The notes under the pieces were generated by a model that worked only from the letters and a program-made list of their open reading frames with translations, did not search any database and had not been told where the DNA came from. Below are positions 1 to 22,163 of a stretch of DNA of 64,000 nt, piece after piece. Source of the DNA: Lama glama (Eukaryota); contig CM052816.1 in assembly GCA_028534125.1 (NCBI GenBank), forward strand, positions 8,372,001 through 8,436,000, read 5' to 3'. The position numbers and the translations under genes were made by a program. Every line of letters begins with the position of its first letter. Within the stretch, counting starts at the first letter, position 1.

Positions 1-59
1 GAATATTTTTAAAGATCAACAATAGCCAGTGTCAGCAAGAATTTCGTGAAGCTGGGTTT

Positions 60-470
60 CCCACACACTGTTGGCTGGAGCGCACATTTGCACAGCCTTT
101 TTTGGAGGGCAGTTTAACAGTACCTCCACATTTTGATGTACCTGCTCTTTGACTCAGCAATCCCTCCTCTGGGAATGGACTCCGCTCACATGAGGGCACA
201 CATGCACGATGGCTTGTGTGAGGATGTTCACCGTAGCATTGTTTACAGTGGAGAAAAATCAAGAAACTAAAGTGTCCATTAAGTAGAGGGATGGTAGGAA
301 AAAATTGTGGCACATCCCTGTCATGAAGACAGCGTAGCAATTAAAAAACAAGGAGGTAGGTCTCCATGTACACACGTGGAAAGACTTCTAAGATGTGTGG
401 TCAAGTGATAAAACTCAAGCCCCTAGTGCAATAAATAGCATATGACACTATCTTTAGGAACCATAATGTA
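60..470 (+). mobile_element. Old L1 (L1M/L1ME-like) 3' fragment
   Basis: tttgactcagcaatccct...aggatgttcaccgtagcattgtt...aagtgtccatt resembles the L1M ORF2 end and 3' UTR. Confidence 0.6.
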
Positions 471-874
471 TGGCTGAATGGACGGATGGATAGATACACG
501 AGCATGTAGGTGCGTGAGCAAACGTCGGGCAGGGTACACTGTACCCACAATTCTTCCTGGAGGTTTTTGTTGGGAAAGGGGCTGTGTGGTTGGGAGGATT
601 TTGGGGGAACTCCCACTTGGGGAAAACAGATCCTTCTTCATGTATGAATATCTTACAGTGAGCACTGCAGGAGCAAGGAGGACAAAGGAACGGTGGTGGG
701 AGGGGATTCCTGCGACTACCGCCATCTGCCTGGGTCCTGTAACTGCTGGTGGCCGACGAGAGAGCCTGTGAATTGCCTCTGCTGTTCATTTCTTTCCAAA
801 TGCCCTCTTTTCCTTCCCTGCCTCTGCCTGGCAAAATCCAACCCTCCCCAGGCCTGGCACTTGCCCCAGCTCAA

Positions 875-1125
875 TTTATTATTTAGCTTTTGCTGCATAG
901 CAAACAAACAAAACTCCCACAAAACCAAGACAATAATAAACATTTATTTCTCACGCATCTACCCCGTATGCAGCTGATCTGGTTGGACGCAGCGGGGTTC
1001 ACTCATGCATCTACAGGGCAGCGGGGGACTGCTCCAGGCTGGGTTTAGCAGACGTACCTCGGCTGGCGCAGCTGTTTCACATGCTTTTCATCCTTTTAGG
1101 ACCAACGAGCCAGCTCAGTGATGTT
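875..1125. mobile_element. MaLR (MLT1-like) LTR fragment
   Basis: ttagcttttgctgcatagcaaac...aaacatttatttctcac...ttcactcatgcatct resembles recalled MLT1 sequence. Confidence 0.55.
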
Positions 1126-1137
1126 AGAAGCATATTC

Positions 1138-1505
1138 TTGTGTCTTTCAAAGGATTTGTCCATCTTATCCAACTTGTTTAAGTTCTGTGCCTAGAGTTGT
1201 TCATGGCATTCCCTTATTATCCTTTTAATGTCCATAGGGTTGGTGGTGATGTCCACTCTTTCATTCCTGATATTTGTAACTTGCATCTTTTCTTCTGATA
1301 TTTGTAACTTGCATCTTTTCTTTTTCCCTTGGATATTTTATTTACTTTTCAATGAAACAGCTCTTAGCTTTACTAATTTTTTCTCTAACATTTTCTGGAT
1401 TTCATTCATTTCTGCTGTTGTCTTTATTTCCTTCCTCATAGTTGCTATGTGTTTAATTTGTTCTTTTTCTAGTTTCTTACGGCGGAAGTTCAGATCACGG
1501 ATTAT
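1138..1505 (-). mobile_element. L1 ORF2 fragment
   Basis: The - strand translates as RDLNFRRKKLEKEQIK...RKEIKTTAEMNEIQ, the L1 ORF2 post-endonuclease region. Contains a perfect 28-bp tandem duplication at 1267-1322. Confidence 0.85.
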
Positions 1506-1509
1506 TTTT

Positions 1510-4059
1510 TCCTGCAGTCTCTGGCAGAGTGTGGACCCTCGCCGCAGACCCTGAGTGGCCACCTAGACCTACTTGTGTGGAGGGTCAGCTGTCAGGGTCC
1601 TGCTTCCCCACCACAGCGCCCCAGGCTCCTTGGTGCTCCTTAGACACATCAGGTGTCTTTGGGGTGCATAACCTTGTTACAATGCACCTGTGTCTAAATC
1701 CTCTAATAATCTCATCAGGATTGTAGAGTCCCATCCTAAGGGAGACAGTATAAAAGGTTATAGCCACTGAGGTGCTCAAACGATTGGATTAGCATCCCAC
1801 ATCCTGGCTTAGAGCCTTATGCCTTTGGATTTTTTTCTTCGTCTATGTTTGTCTACTGTATCATTTGTTAGGATTGGCTAATACGGGTTGGTTCCTGGAT
1901 GACTGCAGCAGAGCTTTATGGAACTTGATATTAATGAGGATCCTCTGACTCAGGAGATAAAAGACGTTGCTCTCTGACTAGGAAGCTTGTCTTATAGAGG
2001 TGTCAGGAGTTTTCTTTCACCTGCGCCCAATATGATTACTTGATGGTATTGATACAGGTGTGTACTATTAATGAAACCAGCCCTGATTACTGTGTTGGGG
2101 TGAGAGGGTAAAGCAAGAAAATTCTCCACCAGAGAAGGACACCGCCTGCTTGGGTTAAAGGAATTTTATACAATTGGACACATTTTGGCTTTTCCTCATT
2201 GAGAATTTTAACTCTCTTTTGTTTGAGCCAAAGCAGCATGGAGTTAGCACTGAACTGCTTTTAAGTATGTGTGTGTGTGTGTATATATGTGTATATATTT
2301 TTTTTAAGTTTGCTGGGAGGAACAAGCATTGGTGGCGATGCTAAAGGCCATGGGCTACGTGCAGGGCTTGGGCCGAATGCATTCTGCCTGGAAACTCCCT
2401 AGACATTGAGATCAGCTTGTCTGTGATACCTGCTGGGAAGATCAAATATTTTGGTCATCGGCCAGGAAGATTAAACCCCAGCATGCTCAGAAAGGTAGTG
2501 AGGGCCGGGTGTTTCAACTCGTTTCTCCTGAATTCCTCTCTCAAGCTGAGCTCTGACTGCGTCTCAGCCTCCACACTTTGATTTCTTCAAGGTGATAGAG
2601 TTTCTTCTTCCACCTGCCTCCTCAGCAGGTAAGTTTTGCAAGATGGTGAGCGAGACAGGGCGTGGACTCCCCTAAGCCCTCTGCAATAGCAAGCCTGCCT
2701 TCAGCTCACGGGGGAAAACTACCAGGAGCCTCTGACCAAATTGGCTACAGTCTTGGCAGCTGGGCAGCATGAGTGACTTTCAGGCTACGGTTCTCGACAA
2801 CCTTCTCTAATGGGAAACTTCTTGGTGTTCCCTAACGAAACCTTTAAATCCAAGCTCGTCATCTTTGAGACTGTCTGCTCTCCTCCATGGCTCCTCCGGG
2901 GAATCCTTAAAGCCAAGTTGTGGACAGTCACTACTGCATTTGCTTGCATCCTTCCGGAAGGCAAACTTAGGAGATGGAATTGGTTCCACCATCCTAGGTT
3001 TGCTTTCTCATGCGTCTTAAGTCTGTTTGATTTCCCTCTGCTTTTGGTGGGGGGTGATGCAAGGCCGTTTTCTAGGGATCCGCACTCCACAGACTATTCT
3101 CAGCTCTTGGGTTTGAAACCTGGGATATTGACTAAGCCTTTGACTTAGGGGTTGCTTCCTTGCACTCTCTCCAGACCTCCATTCTCGGGGCGGGGGAGGG
3201 GGCAGCCAACCCCTCAGAACCAGCATTAAGGTGGAGTAGTTGAGGGGGGAGGTGGCTAGTGTGCCCAGGTGCTTCCTACAAAGGAACAAAGTGCGCTCTG
3301 AGCCGCAGATTGGCAAACCCTGGTGCTTTCCTTCATCTCGCGGGAACTCAAGTGTTTCCAGGCGCAGCCAACATCGCCACATCCCACAAACCCCGAGCTT
3401 CTGATAAGAGCGCTGGTTGACGTCGGGCCCAACCCATAAAGCCTGGGAAGAGGCAGCAGGAGCTTGCTAAAGGCAGTTGTTCCTGGCTTTTTTGTGTTTT
3501 TGCTGGCGAAGGAGTAAACTTACCTTGAGCGCTGCAGTGGGAGAAACCCAGTCAGCCAACTGCAGAGCTCAGCTTCACTAAGGGCTTGTTTTTCTTCAGG
3601 GGATGGACGCCCAGATGGAGAATTCTTCACTGTCCTACCGTCAGCTCTGTCTCACGCTGTGGTCATTGACTTTCGTCAGATCGAGTAGTCAGGTACAACG
3701 TTTGACCGTGACTTGTTTTTCTAAGTTATTTTGCAGAAGAGATGTACAATTATGGGTCAGAGGGAAGACCCTCAGGAAAAGTCAGTCTTGCCTGAGTCAG
3801 AACCTAATGATTTTGACTGACTACAGTGGGTGCCTCCCACCATTCTCCATGCGTCGTGAAGCGGGGGATCCCTGTGAGTCGCCCCGGAGTCTTCCTCCAA
3901 CAATTCCCCTGGAGCTACAGCTCTAGCCCCAGGCCTGTACCCAATTCAGCCGAGGGGGTGCCCTGCCTCAGGCAGGGCGACATCCACTGAGACGATTTCC
4001 CACAGGTCTAGATGACCGGGGTCCACCCAGGGTTTTCGTATGTGTACCCTCCCCCTTTT
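1510..4059 (+). mobile_element. Probable ERV leader/gag remnant (unresolved)
   Basis: Lies directly 5' of the pro-pol remnant. Only a weak gag-like word (LFCRR, ~3727) was seen; no clear ORF, PBS or 5' LTR. Confidence 0.4.
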
Positions 4060-5480
4060 CTCTCTCTGATTTATGTAGTTGGGGAGAAACATATTTAAAG
4101 TGGCTTTCTGTACATGCCTAAATGCCCTGTTGCTTTGTTGGGATGACATCTGCTAACAAAATTAAATGAATTTCTCACCAGAAAAGGGAGACATTCAAGT
4201 ACTCCCAGATGAAGGCTCCACCCTCCAAGCTACACTGTTACAACTGGGAGACAAGCCTCAACCAGAAGTACCTGAAGGAATTCTGCCAAAGGTAAGAGTG
4301 GACGTTTGGGCTGATGGGAGGCCAGGAAGAAGCAAGAAAGCTGACCCAATAGTGAGAGGACTCCGTTCAGGCCCCAAGGCTCCAAATTAAAAGCAATTCC
4401 CTTTAAAGAGGCGTGCAGAGGAAGGTATGAAGCCCCTTGATAACCACCTTCCTTAATGCCAATTCATCCAGCCTTGTCAATCTCCATATAACATTGCAAT
4501 CCCACCAGTATAAAAACCAGACTGGAGGTTGTTTTGTACAGGATTTGAGGCACTAGCCAAATTGTAGAAGATACACAGCTGACGGCTAGTTAAATAGCTA
4601 AAGTAAATAATTTGGCTGGCCGCAAAGCAAGTGGCCAGAACCAAAGGCCCGGATCCCAAGGCCCAAGCACTCTTTCGGAGTGTGTTCCTACTCCTTTTAA
4701 GCCTCAGTATTCAGAAACGGAGAAGGCTTCTGAGGTTAACAACGGCCTTACTGGCCTTACTAAAAGCAATCATCTCTCGTTTTGGGTCGCCTCTTTCAAT
4801 GCAGAGAGACAACAGTGGAGCTTTCACAGCCAAGGGAACTAACTCATGGGGGTGTCTGGGGTCCTCGGAACGTAATGAAAGTTACATGCTTCATGGAGAC
4901 TCGGTCTTTGGGAAAGACTGGAAAGATGAATTATACCTTGAAAAAGACAATCGCCAAAATCGGTCAAGAAACCAACTTAATCTGAGATAAGGCCCTGCCA
5001 GTTGCCCGGCTTAGGGTGAGAGTTGACCCTAGAAGCAAGCTCCAGTTGAGCCTTTGTGAAATGTTACGTGCGAGACCCTTCCTTAAGACGAAGTATTATT
5101 GCAGTCTTGAAAATGATCATATTGTAAAAGAATAAGATACTCTAAAATAGGTAGTCTCTGCTGTTACTTTATCTGCTATATGTAAAATGCTTCTAGCTGA
5201 CTAACATTTCCCACAGATGTCCCCCTGTTCTGCATAAGCATAGGGGATTGGGTCCTCCTCAAGATGGAAGAATCAGCTGCAACCTAAGTGTAACCCTTAT
5301 ATGTTTAAAAAGACCTCCCCCACTCTCATGATGATTGCCCAGGACTCAGGTGGGACTCACAAATACTTCAGTTTCATTCCTTTTATAAAATTCCATGCCC
5401 TTAATTAGCAGGGAGCAGCTACAGTGGTCACTCCCCTATTTCCATCAAGGTTGAGGAATGTACGAGAAAGGAGGGAGGAT
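4060..5480 (+). mobile_element. Degenerate class I (gamma-like) ERV internal region: protease end, RT start, integrase core
   Basis: FLYMPKCPVALLG*HLLTKLN (protease); VWADGRPGRSKKADPI...PN*KQFPL and PCQSPYN (RT N-terminus); LLKAIISRFGSPLSMQRDNSGAF and GKTGKMNYTLKKTIAK (integrase). Has stops, frameshifts and large deletions. Confidence 0.88.
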
Positions 5481-5917
5481 TGAAACAGCACCAGCTTAAA
5501 CTGGTTTTGCCTCCATAAATAGACTGTTGATTAATTAAACCTCGGGTTACTTGAGGGAGACAGCACTGCGCCTGTGCCAGATGGGAGCCCACGTCTCCAG
5601 GATGACCCTGGAACCAAGGATATTTAGTCTGAGGAAATGTGGCCGCCAGAGCCCTTTACACAGTGAGAAGTCCTTCAATAAGGAAAATCTGGCTTCCAGC
5701 AGCATAAGTAGTTTATTAGGGGCTGATTTAAGGCTAGCCAGTCGGCTTCCAAGTTGGAAATTTCCCTAACCCTTTAAATTTCTGTTTAAACCCTAGATTT
5801 GAGAGCCTCCCTCTTTTTGCTGATTGACCTCACAGTAAAGCTCTTTCTCTTCTCAAAACCACTGCCATGCTGGTGGGAGTCTATGCCTGCCTGGCAGCGA
5901 GGCCCTGCTCGGCCACA
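5481..5917 (+). mobile_element. ERV 3' LTR
   Basis: Starts with TG right after the polypurine tract AGAAAGGAGGGAGGA; TTTAAA TATA-like boxes (~5773, ~5785); AGTAAA at 5834; ends ...CA at the junction with L1 sequence. Confidence 0.75.
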
Positions 5918-8248
5918 TGGAGGAGGAGAATTACTGGGTCACGGGGTAATTCTGTGTTTAACTTTTTGAAGAACTATCAAACTGATTACCACAGCAGCGG
6001 CATCATTTTACCTTCTCACCAGCAATGTACAAGGGTTCCAATTTTTCCACATCGTTGCTGACACTTAGTATTTTCTGGGTTATTTATTATGGCTAACCTA
6101 GTTGGTGTGAGGCAGTATCTCATTGTAGTTTTGATTCGCCTTTGCCTGATGACTAATGATGTTGAGCATTTTTTCATGTGCTTGTTGATCATTTGTATGT
6201 CTCTTTTGGAGAAATACCTATTCCATTTTTTTACTCACTCTTAAATTGAGTATTTGTCTCTGTTGAATTATAGGATATGTGTATATATAGTCTAGATACT
6301 TAACTCTCGTATATATGGTTTGCAAATATTTTCTTGCATTCTGTGTGCTGTCTTTATTCTCTTGATAGTGTTCTTTGCACCAAAATGTTTAATTTTGATA
6401 AAGTCCAATTTACTTTTTTTTCCCTTTGGTTGCTCGTGCTTTCGGTGACACAGCTATGAGACCATTTCCAAGTTGTGGTCATGAATATTTACCCCTATGC
6501 TTTCTTCTATGCATCTTATAGTTTTAGCCTTGATATTTAGATCTTTGATCCATTTTGACTTAATTTTTGTATGGTGTGAAGTAAGGGTCCAACTTCATTC
6601 TTCTGTATGCGGGTATCCAGTTCTCTTAACACCAGTTGTTGAAAAGACTGCTTTTTCCCCATTGAATGGCTTTGACTCCCTTGTTGAAAGTCAATTGACC
6701 TTAGATATGAAGGTTTATTTCTGCAGTCTCAAGTTTATTCTGTTGATGTATGTATCTGTGCTTACGCCAACACCATGCTGTGGTCGATTTCTGTAGCTTT
6801 GTAGTAAGTTTTGAAATTAGGAAGTGTAACCCCGATTTTGCTCTTTTTCAGGATTGATTTGGTTATTGGGCATCTCTTGAAATTCCATATGATCTTGAGA
6901 ATCAGCTTTTCCATTTCCGCAGTGAAGGCTATTGGGGTTTTGATAGGTACTGTATTAAATCTATAGATCACTTTGGGGAGTTTTGCCTTTTTTATAATAA
7001 ATCTTCCAATCTATGAAAAGAAATGTCTTTCCACTTGTTGAGTCTTCTTAATTTCTTTCAGCGATGTGCTGTGGTTTTCAGTGTATATGTCTTGGATTCA
7101 TTTTGATGCCATTGCAAATAAAATTATTTTTTTAATTTCCTTTTTCCTTGTTTTTTTAATTTCCTTGTTCACTGCTAGTGTATAGAAATAAGCTTGAGCT
7201 TTGTGTGTTGATCTTACATCCTGTACCTTTGCTGGATACATTTATTAGCTCTAATAGATTTGGGGGTTTTAATTGGTTTTTTTGTTTTGTTTTGTTTTAT
7301 AGATTCTTTAGGATTTTTCTGTATATAGGATTATGTCATCTGTGAAGAGAGAATAGTTTGACTTTTTAATTTGGATGCTTTTTATTTCTTTTTCTTCATG
7401 ATTGCCCTGACTAGAACCTCCAGTACCATGTTGAATATAATGGGTGAGAGCAGGCATCCTTGCCTTATTACTGATCTAAGGGTGGAGGTGGGAAGAGGAA
7501 GCTTTTAGTCTTTTATCATTGAGCTAGCTGTGAGCTTTTTTATGTATGTCCTTGATCATGTTGAAGATGTCCTTTTTTTTTTAAGTAGGTTTATTTATTT
7601 AGTTATTCTTAGAAAGAGGTACTGGGGATTGAATCCAGGACCTCATGCACGCATGCTAAGCATGTGCTCTACCACTTGAGCTATAACCTCCCCCCAAGAA
7701 TGTTCCTTCTTATTCCTAGTCTTTTGCATGTTTTATCATGAAAGTATGTTAGACTTTGTCAAAGGGTTTTTTCTGCATCAATTAAGATGATCATGTGGGA
7801 TTTTTGTTGTTCTGCTGATGTGGTGTACTAGATTGATTTTTCATGTGTTGAACCATCTTTGCATTTCTGGGGTAAATCCCACTTGGTCATGGTGTATAAT
7901 CACTTTAATATACTGTTGGGTTGGGTTTGCTAATATTTTATTGAATACATTTGCGTCTATGTTCATAAAGGATACTGGTCTGTAGTTTTCTTGTGATGTT
8001 CTTGTCTGTCCATTGGTATCAAGATAATGCTGGCCTCATAGAATGAATTTAGAAATGTTCCCTCATCTTCTATTTTTTGAATGAGTTTGAGAAGGATTGG
8101 GGCTAATTCTTTAAATATCTGGGAGAATTCACCAGTGAAACTCTTTGGTCCTGGGCTTTTCTTTTTTGGGAAGCTTTTGATTATTGATTCAATCTCTTTG
8201 CTAGTTATAGGTCTAGTTAGTTTGTTTCTTGAGTCAATTTTGGTTGGT
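5918..8248 (-). mobile_element. L1 (L1MA/L1MB-like) ORF2 3' half, antisense
   Basis: The - strand gives [13 protein letters not shown]...LILKIIWN...[11 protein letters not shown] (L1 ORF2); flanks show typical antisense L1 sequence. Confidence 0.92.
7573..7695 (-). mobile_element. Vic-1-like tRNA-derived SINE inserted in the L1
   Basis: gaggtactggggattgaatccaggacc...gctaagcatgtgctctaccac; T-rich tail; approximate target-site duplication aaga(a)tgt(t)cct. Confidence 0.85.
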
Positions 8249-8559
8249 ATTTATGATTACTAAAGGTTAAAAATACTTCCTGAAAAAATGTTTATAAAAA
8301 ATATATATCTAAGCAGATGGAAAGAATGATCATTTTTCTGGATCAATGTTCTATTGGAATTTTTTTGGTTTCAAGAAGTAACTGACAACCATGTTAATAG
8401 AAATACAAAGAAAAACACTAAAAGAATAAACTGAAAGGGGTGAAAGCAATTGCCTCTAGAAAAGGAGGGGAGAGAGAAATGCCAGTTTTCTTAAGAAATA
8501 TAGTAGCACAACTAGAGTCGCTCTGAAAATAAACAAATGTAATTAATCCACAGAAAGGC

Positions 8560-8760
8560 AGTTCTACATCCAGGCCACCTGGATCCGCATTCCAGCTCAA
8601 CCATTTGGTAGCCATGTAACCGTGGGCAAGTTTACAGTATCTGAGCTCTCTGAACCTCAGTTTCCCCATCTGTGAAATGGGAATGACAATGGTACCTACC
8701 ATAAAAACTTTTTTTGTGGAAACCAAAAGAGACAGTGAATGTAAAGGGCTTGGTTTCTGA
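8560..8760. mobile_element. MIR SINE
   Basis: gggcaagttt...ctctctgaacctcagtttccccatctgtgaaatgggaatgacaat matches the MIR core. Confidence 0.75.
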
Positions 8761-9019
8761 GTGTCTTGTAAATGGAAGCGTCTTGATGCTATTATCGGGC
8801 TCTCCCAAACCAACCCAACTTCCCTTTCAGCTCAGCCAGAGCCACCTGGCCCCTCTGAAGACACCTGTTTGTGCTACTGACAGAATGTCTGACCCTGGGC
8901 AAGGGGACCCTTGGTGGAGGCTTCAGAAAGTCCCCATACTTAGCCAGTTCTGCCCCAGACTCCAGCCCTTCCCCCTGGGGGTCATGGCTTTGTGTATGTG
9001 TTGTCTTTTTTTTTTTTTA

Positions 9020-9239
9020 AGCCAAGATTTCCAAACTCTGTGGTTGCCTTGCCTAGCTAAAAGGGGAAGAGGGGGATCAGCCCAAGGAGAAGGAGGAAGA
9101 GGAAAACAAGAAAAACAGCCAGTGCAGTGGAGAGGAACGTGTGTCCAGTGGTGCTAGTCCCTGCGGAGCTGGTAGCCAGGAGTCGAGTTCCCTGCCTACC
9201 CCCAAGCCTGCATCAACCTGCCGCCTCCCTGCTGAGGCC
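9020..9239 (+). promoter_or_regulatory. CSF1R macrophage promoter (TATA-less, purine-rich)
   Basis: C/EBP-like ATTTCCAAA (9027-9035), RUNX1 TGTGGTT (9039-9045), PU.1/ETS-type AAAAGGGGAAG (9059-9069) and GAGGAAGAGGAAA, all just upstream of the ATG. Matches the known c-fms promoter layout. Confidence 0.85.
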
Positions 9240-20037
<10,798 letters not shown>

Positions 20038-20682
20038 GGAGGTGACGACGGAAGCACTGCCTCTCCCCTCCTCCAAGCTTCAACTCCTCCATGGATGGGG
20101 CACCATGTGGAGAAAAAAGACTCTGCCCTTAATCATTTCAGCCCAGTTCTGAAACTCAGGGCCACGGGATCCATGGGAGATGGGAGAGGATCCCACTTCC
20201 AGGGCCTGAGCCATCACTGCCAGTCAGGGGCTGGGGCTGAGCCCCGCCCTTTCCCCCAGTTCTCAATGCTGTGGCCTCATGTTTGCTATGACAACTGGGG
20301 TAACACCCAGCTCACTCTTAACCTGTTCCCACTTCCAGGAGTAACCTTCCCTACTTCCCTCCTGTCTCGATGGAAAAGGACTGGTTTTGTGCCTATGACG
20401 TCCCCAGGAGCAGCCTTGGAGCAGAAACCCCTCCTTTGTAAGAATCTAATTGTCCCGCTCTGCCCTCTACCCTTCTCTCCACAGCCCCACCCAGGGTCTG
20501 GTACCACTGCAATGAGCCAGGTGGCAGCTAAAAGCTTGGGGTGTTCTGCCCGGTCCCCTGTCATTCTGAGCTGGAAGGCAGGGGACCCATGTGGCTGGCC
20601 ACACCAAGCAAGCAGCACACACTCCCTCACGTTGACTTAGACTCATCATAACTAACAATCACGCTGTGGGAGGTCTGTCGGC

Positions 20683-20688
20683 ATTAAA
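20683..20688 (+). terminator. CSF1R poly(A) signal (ATTAAA)
   Basis: gcATTAAActaac about 650 nt after the stop, followed by a T/GT-rich tract near 20716. Confidence 0.7.
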
Positions 20689-20852
20689 CTAACCACATTA
20701 ACTCAGCTGGCCTCTGGTTTTTTGTGCCACCTGAGAGCCTGCGGCTTCCCTGTGACCGACCGTCCCAGGACCACAGGAGGCCCAGCACACAGCTCTACTC
20801 AGTAAGGATGGAACTGACTCTTGCTGCACCACAACCAGATAATTTAATAAAC

Positions 20853-20858
20853 TTTATT
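20853..20858 (-). terminator. HMGXB3 poly(A) signal (AATAAA on the - strand)
   Basis: TTTATT on the + strand about 840 nt beyond the HMGXB3 stop; first canonical signal seen in the 3' UTR. Confidence 0.65.
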
Positions 20859-21695
20859 CTGGTCGGGGGAAGAGGGAGGGGAAAAAAGCCACCGATTCCA
20901 CTCCTCTCAATAAATTAAATAACACGGCCAATTCCCGTGCCCTAAGCAAACCCTGGGCACTTGAGCCAGTCCCGCTGTTTCCTTACAGCCCAGTCTGCTT
21001 CCCCTTCACAGAAGGGAGTTTCTCCTACTGCCGCCAGGTTATGTCATACTCAAGGGCCACATCCCCTCTGTGGTGAGGGTCCAGGGCCCAGAGGATGTAG
21101 GCGGCAGTGGCCAGGGAGTGGAGGAGAGGATCCTCTTCCTCAAAGCTCAGGGCGGAGAGGACAGTCCTGGAAGAGAGCCCGAGCTCACGGTTTCTCCCAC
21201 CTCCACTTCCCCCAGATGTAGGTGCAGGAGGAACAGGAGGAAAATCCAATCCTCCTCTGGGAGAATCAAGAACCCAAAGGGACCCCCCTGGGCTAATAAA
21301 GCCCCCAAGTCTTGCCTTAGTCAAAGGTAAGAGACCACAGGGGCTTGAAACTGGGTGGGAAGGGAAACTTCCACAACCTTGGTGCACCCAGGACCTCCAC
21401 CCCGACCCCAACTGCACCCCAGGCAGTCAGCAGCTCCCAGCCTCCCCTCTCCTCCAATCTCCTCTGCTGAACGTATGGTGCCCCCTCAAGTGCACTCTCG
21501 GGGTAAGGAGTGTCCCGGTGCCTCTCCTGACGCCCGGAAGGTTGAGACCAAGGACCCCAGGCCCCACAGTGCTCAGGAAATGGAAGCTCTTTGGTCAGTC
21601 CCAGCGTAAGAGGCCGGTCCCCTAGACAGATCTAACTCGGGCAAGGGCCTCACTATGGCTTGAGAGATGGTGCGGTTCCTGTACGAGAGCCTGGC

Positions 21696-22163
21696 TTATT
21701 CTGTGGCTGTGGCCCCCTCCTCTTCCTCACCATCCTCTTCCGTCTCTGTCTTGATCTGAGCAACCCCAAGGCGGTAGAGGGTGTCACGGATGACCACCTC
21801 ACCAGGCTGGCAGCTCTGCACAATGTCGTGGATCTGCCGGTTGACAATCTCACGGCTGGTGAGGAAGTCCATGAGGCGGTTGTAGAGGTAATAGTGGGTC
21901 GCGTTGTCAAAGGCAATGGGCCGCCGGCGGACGCTGTTTGTTCTGCTATCTGCAATGGAGGCCAAGATGGTGGCATAGGGTGCCAACTCAGGACACAGGG
22001 CCAAGGAGTGATGCCCAGCACTGGGGTCACCAGGACTGGGCTGTGTGCCTGCATGGACAATGCGCCGTGTGGCAGTCTTGGTGACTGGGTGCTGGACAGA
22101 GTGTTCAGCCTCTGTGATGTCCACGGTATAATGCTGGTCCGAGAGTTCTGGGCAGGACATGCT
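21696..22163 (-). CDS. HMGXB3: HMGXB3 last coding exon
   Basis: tctag| [15 protein letters not shown]...[17 protein letters not shown]...ATATE TAA; 468 nt. Confidence 0.95.
   Translation of the reverse strand, partial: SMSCPELSDQHYTVDITEAEHSVQHPVTKTATRRIVHAGTQPSPGDPSAGHHSLALCPELAPYATILASIADSRTNSVRRRPIAFDNATHYYLYNRLMDFLTSREIVNRQIHDIVQSCQPGEVVIRDTLYRLGVAQIKTETEEDGEEEEGATATE

Noticed and set aside
1267..1322. Perfect 28-bp tandem duplication, plus small duplications near 4744, 10596, 30347 and 37207
   Set aside because: Ordinary local slippage in neutral sequence.
2810..3148. MGN-starting ORF as an ERV Gag matrix start
   Set aside because: Beyond the initial MG, no recognisable Gag motifs follow.
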